A DNA stretch of 50,998 bases from the NCBI RefSeq assembly GCF_001194135.2, contig NC_068987.1, positions 74,475,550-74,526,547 of the forward strand, given 5' to 3'. Positions 50,037 to 50,998 of this stretch are shown here, piece after piece (positions within the stretch are counted from its first letter, which is position 1; the number at the start of each line of letters is the position of its first letter). The notes under the pieces were generated by a model, which saw only the letters and a program-made list of their open reading frames with translations, did not search any database and was not told where the DNA came from. This DNA comes from Octopus bimaculoides (lineage: Eukaryota). Position numbers and translations under genes: made by a program.

Positions 50037-50552
50037 NNNNNNNNNNNNNNNNNNNNNNNNNNNNNNNNNNNNNNNNNNNNNNNNNNNNNNNNNNNNNNNN
50101 NNNNNNNNNNNNNNNNNNNNNNNNNNNNNNNNNNNNNNNNNNNNNNNNNNNNNNNNNNNNNNNNNNNNNNNNNNNNNNNNNNNNNNNNNNNNNNNNNNNN
50201 NNNNNNNNNNNNNNNNNNNNNNNNNNNNNNNNNNNNNNNNNNNNNNNNNNNNNNNNNNNNNNNNNNNNNNNNNNNNNNNNNNNNNNNNNNNNNNNNNNNN
50301 NNNNNNNNNNNNNNNNNNNNNNNNNNNNNNNNNNNNNNNNNNNNNNNNNNNNNNNNNNNNNNNNNNNNNNNNNNNNNNNNNNNNNNNNNNNNNNNNGCAC
50401 CTTGTTTACCATTTTGTCCTTGTTCTTTTGCCACGTCATGTACCCAGTTATGTATCTATATGTACATGTAGATGAACGTATATACATACATGTACATATA
50501 TATGCATATACTCATATATTGTTTATATATATATATATACATACATAGAGAT

Positions 50553-50599
<47 letters not shown>

Positions 50600-50806
50600 T
50601 AGAGAGAGAGGGAGAGAGAGAGAGAGAGAGAGCTGAAAGATTAAAATTAATCAAAGGACATACTAAGTACGTCTGCCTGCTGGAAATAACAGTCAAAACT
50701 CTTATTTAAATCGCCAAATACACTGATAATAACTACAGAAATCAACCGTCCGAAAGCAATCGGGCTAAGACAATCACTCAACATACGTTCGAGTATTTGG
50801 ACTCAC

Positions 50807-50830
50807 GTGGACCGGTTTCTGGACTGGCAT
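50807..50830 (-). CDS. Candidate first coding exon (MPVQKPVH) of an unidentified host gene
   Basis: gctattATG (A at -3), 8 codons, then a consensus donor CAC|GTGAGT. It lies in unique, CpG-rich sequence extending to the window end. No downstream exon was identified. Confidence 0.35.
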
Positions 50831-50998
50831 AATAGCCTCACCTCCCTCAGCACGCGTTACTATGATGGAGAGCTCCAACCCGTCGCGTTGAAGTCTGCGC
50901 TGCAACCGATTCGTTTTGCGCCGAATCCTCGCAGCCACCAGTGTGAAAATAATTTCAATACGGAGCAAATAATTCACGAAAAAATATTTGAATCACTT

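Overview
Repeat-dominated, AT-rich animal genomic DNA from a gappy draft assembly. There are 17 N-runs totalling about 7.4 kb, and nearly all abut a microsatellite. The 5S sequence and the repeat style suggest an octopus or other cephalopod (inference). No complete protein-coding gene is supportable, and most ORF-track entries are microsatellite or N artefacts. The readable content is decayed mobile DNA: Tx1/L1-like, RTE and CR1 LINE pieces, Penelope-like GIY-YIG ends, Tc1/mariner, hAT and piggyBac remnants or MITEs, and more than 20 tRNA-type SINE copies. There is also one full-length 5S rRNA pseudogene and a possible first exon of a minus-strand host gene at the right edge. The most notable signal is a set of minimal type I hammerhead ribozyme motifs from at least three families. 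One is canonical and apparently intact (17455-17499), a divergent pair lies at 12901-12941 and 13757-13800, and a two-copy family carries a non-canonical core (47277-47311, 48602-48637). All calls come from reading the sequence by eye; no searches or folding were run.
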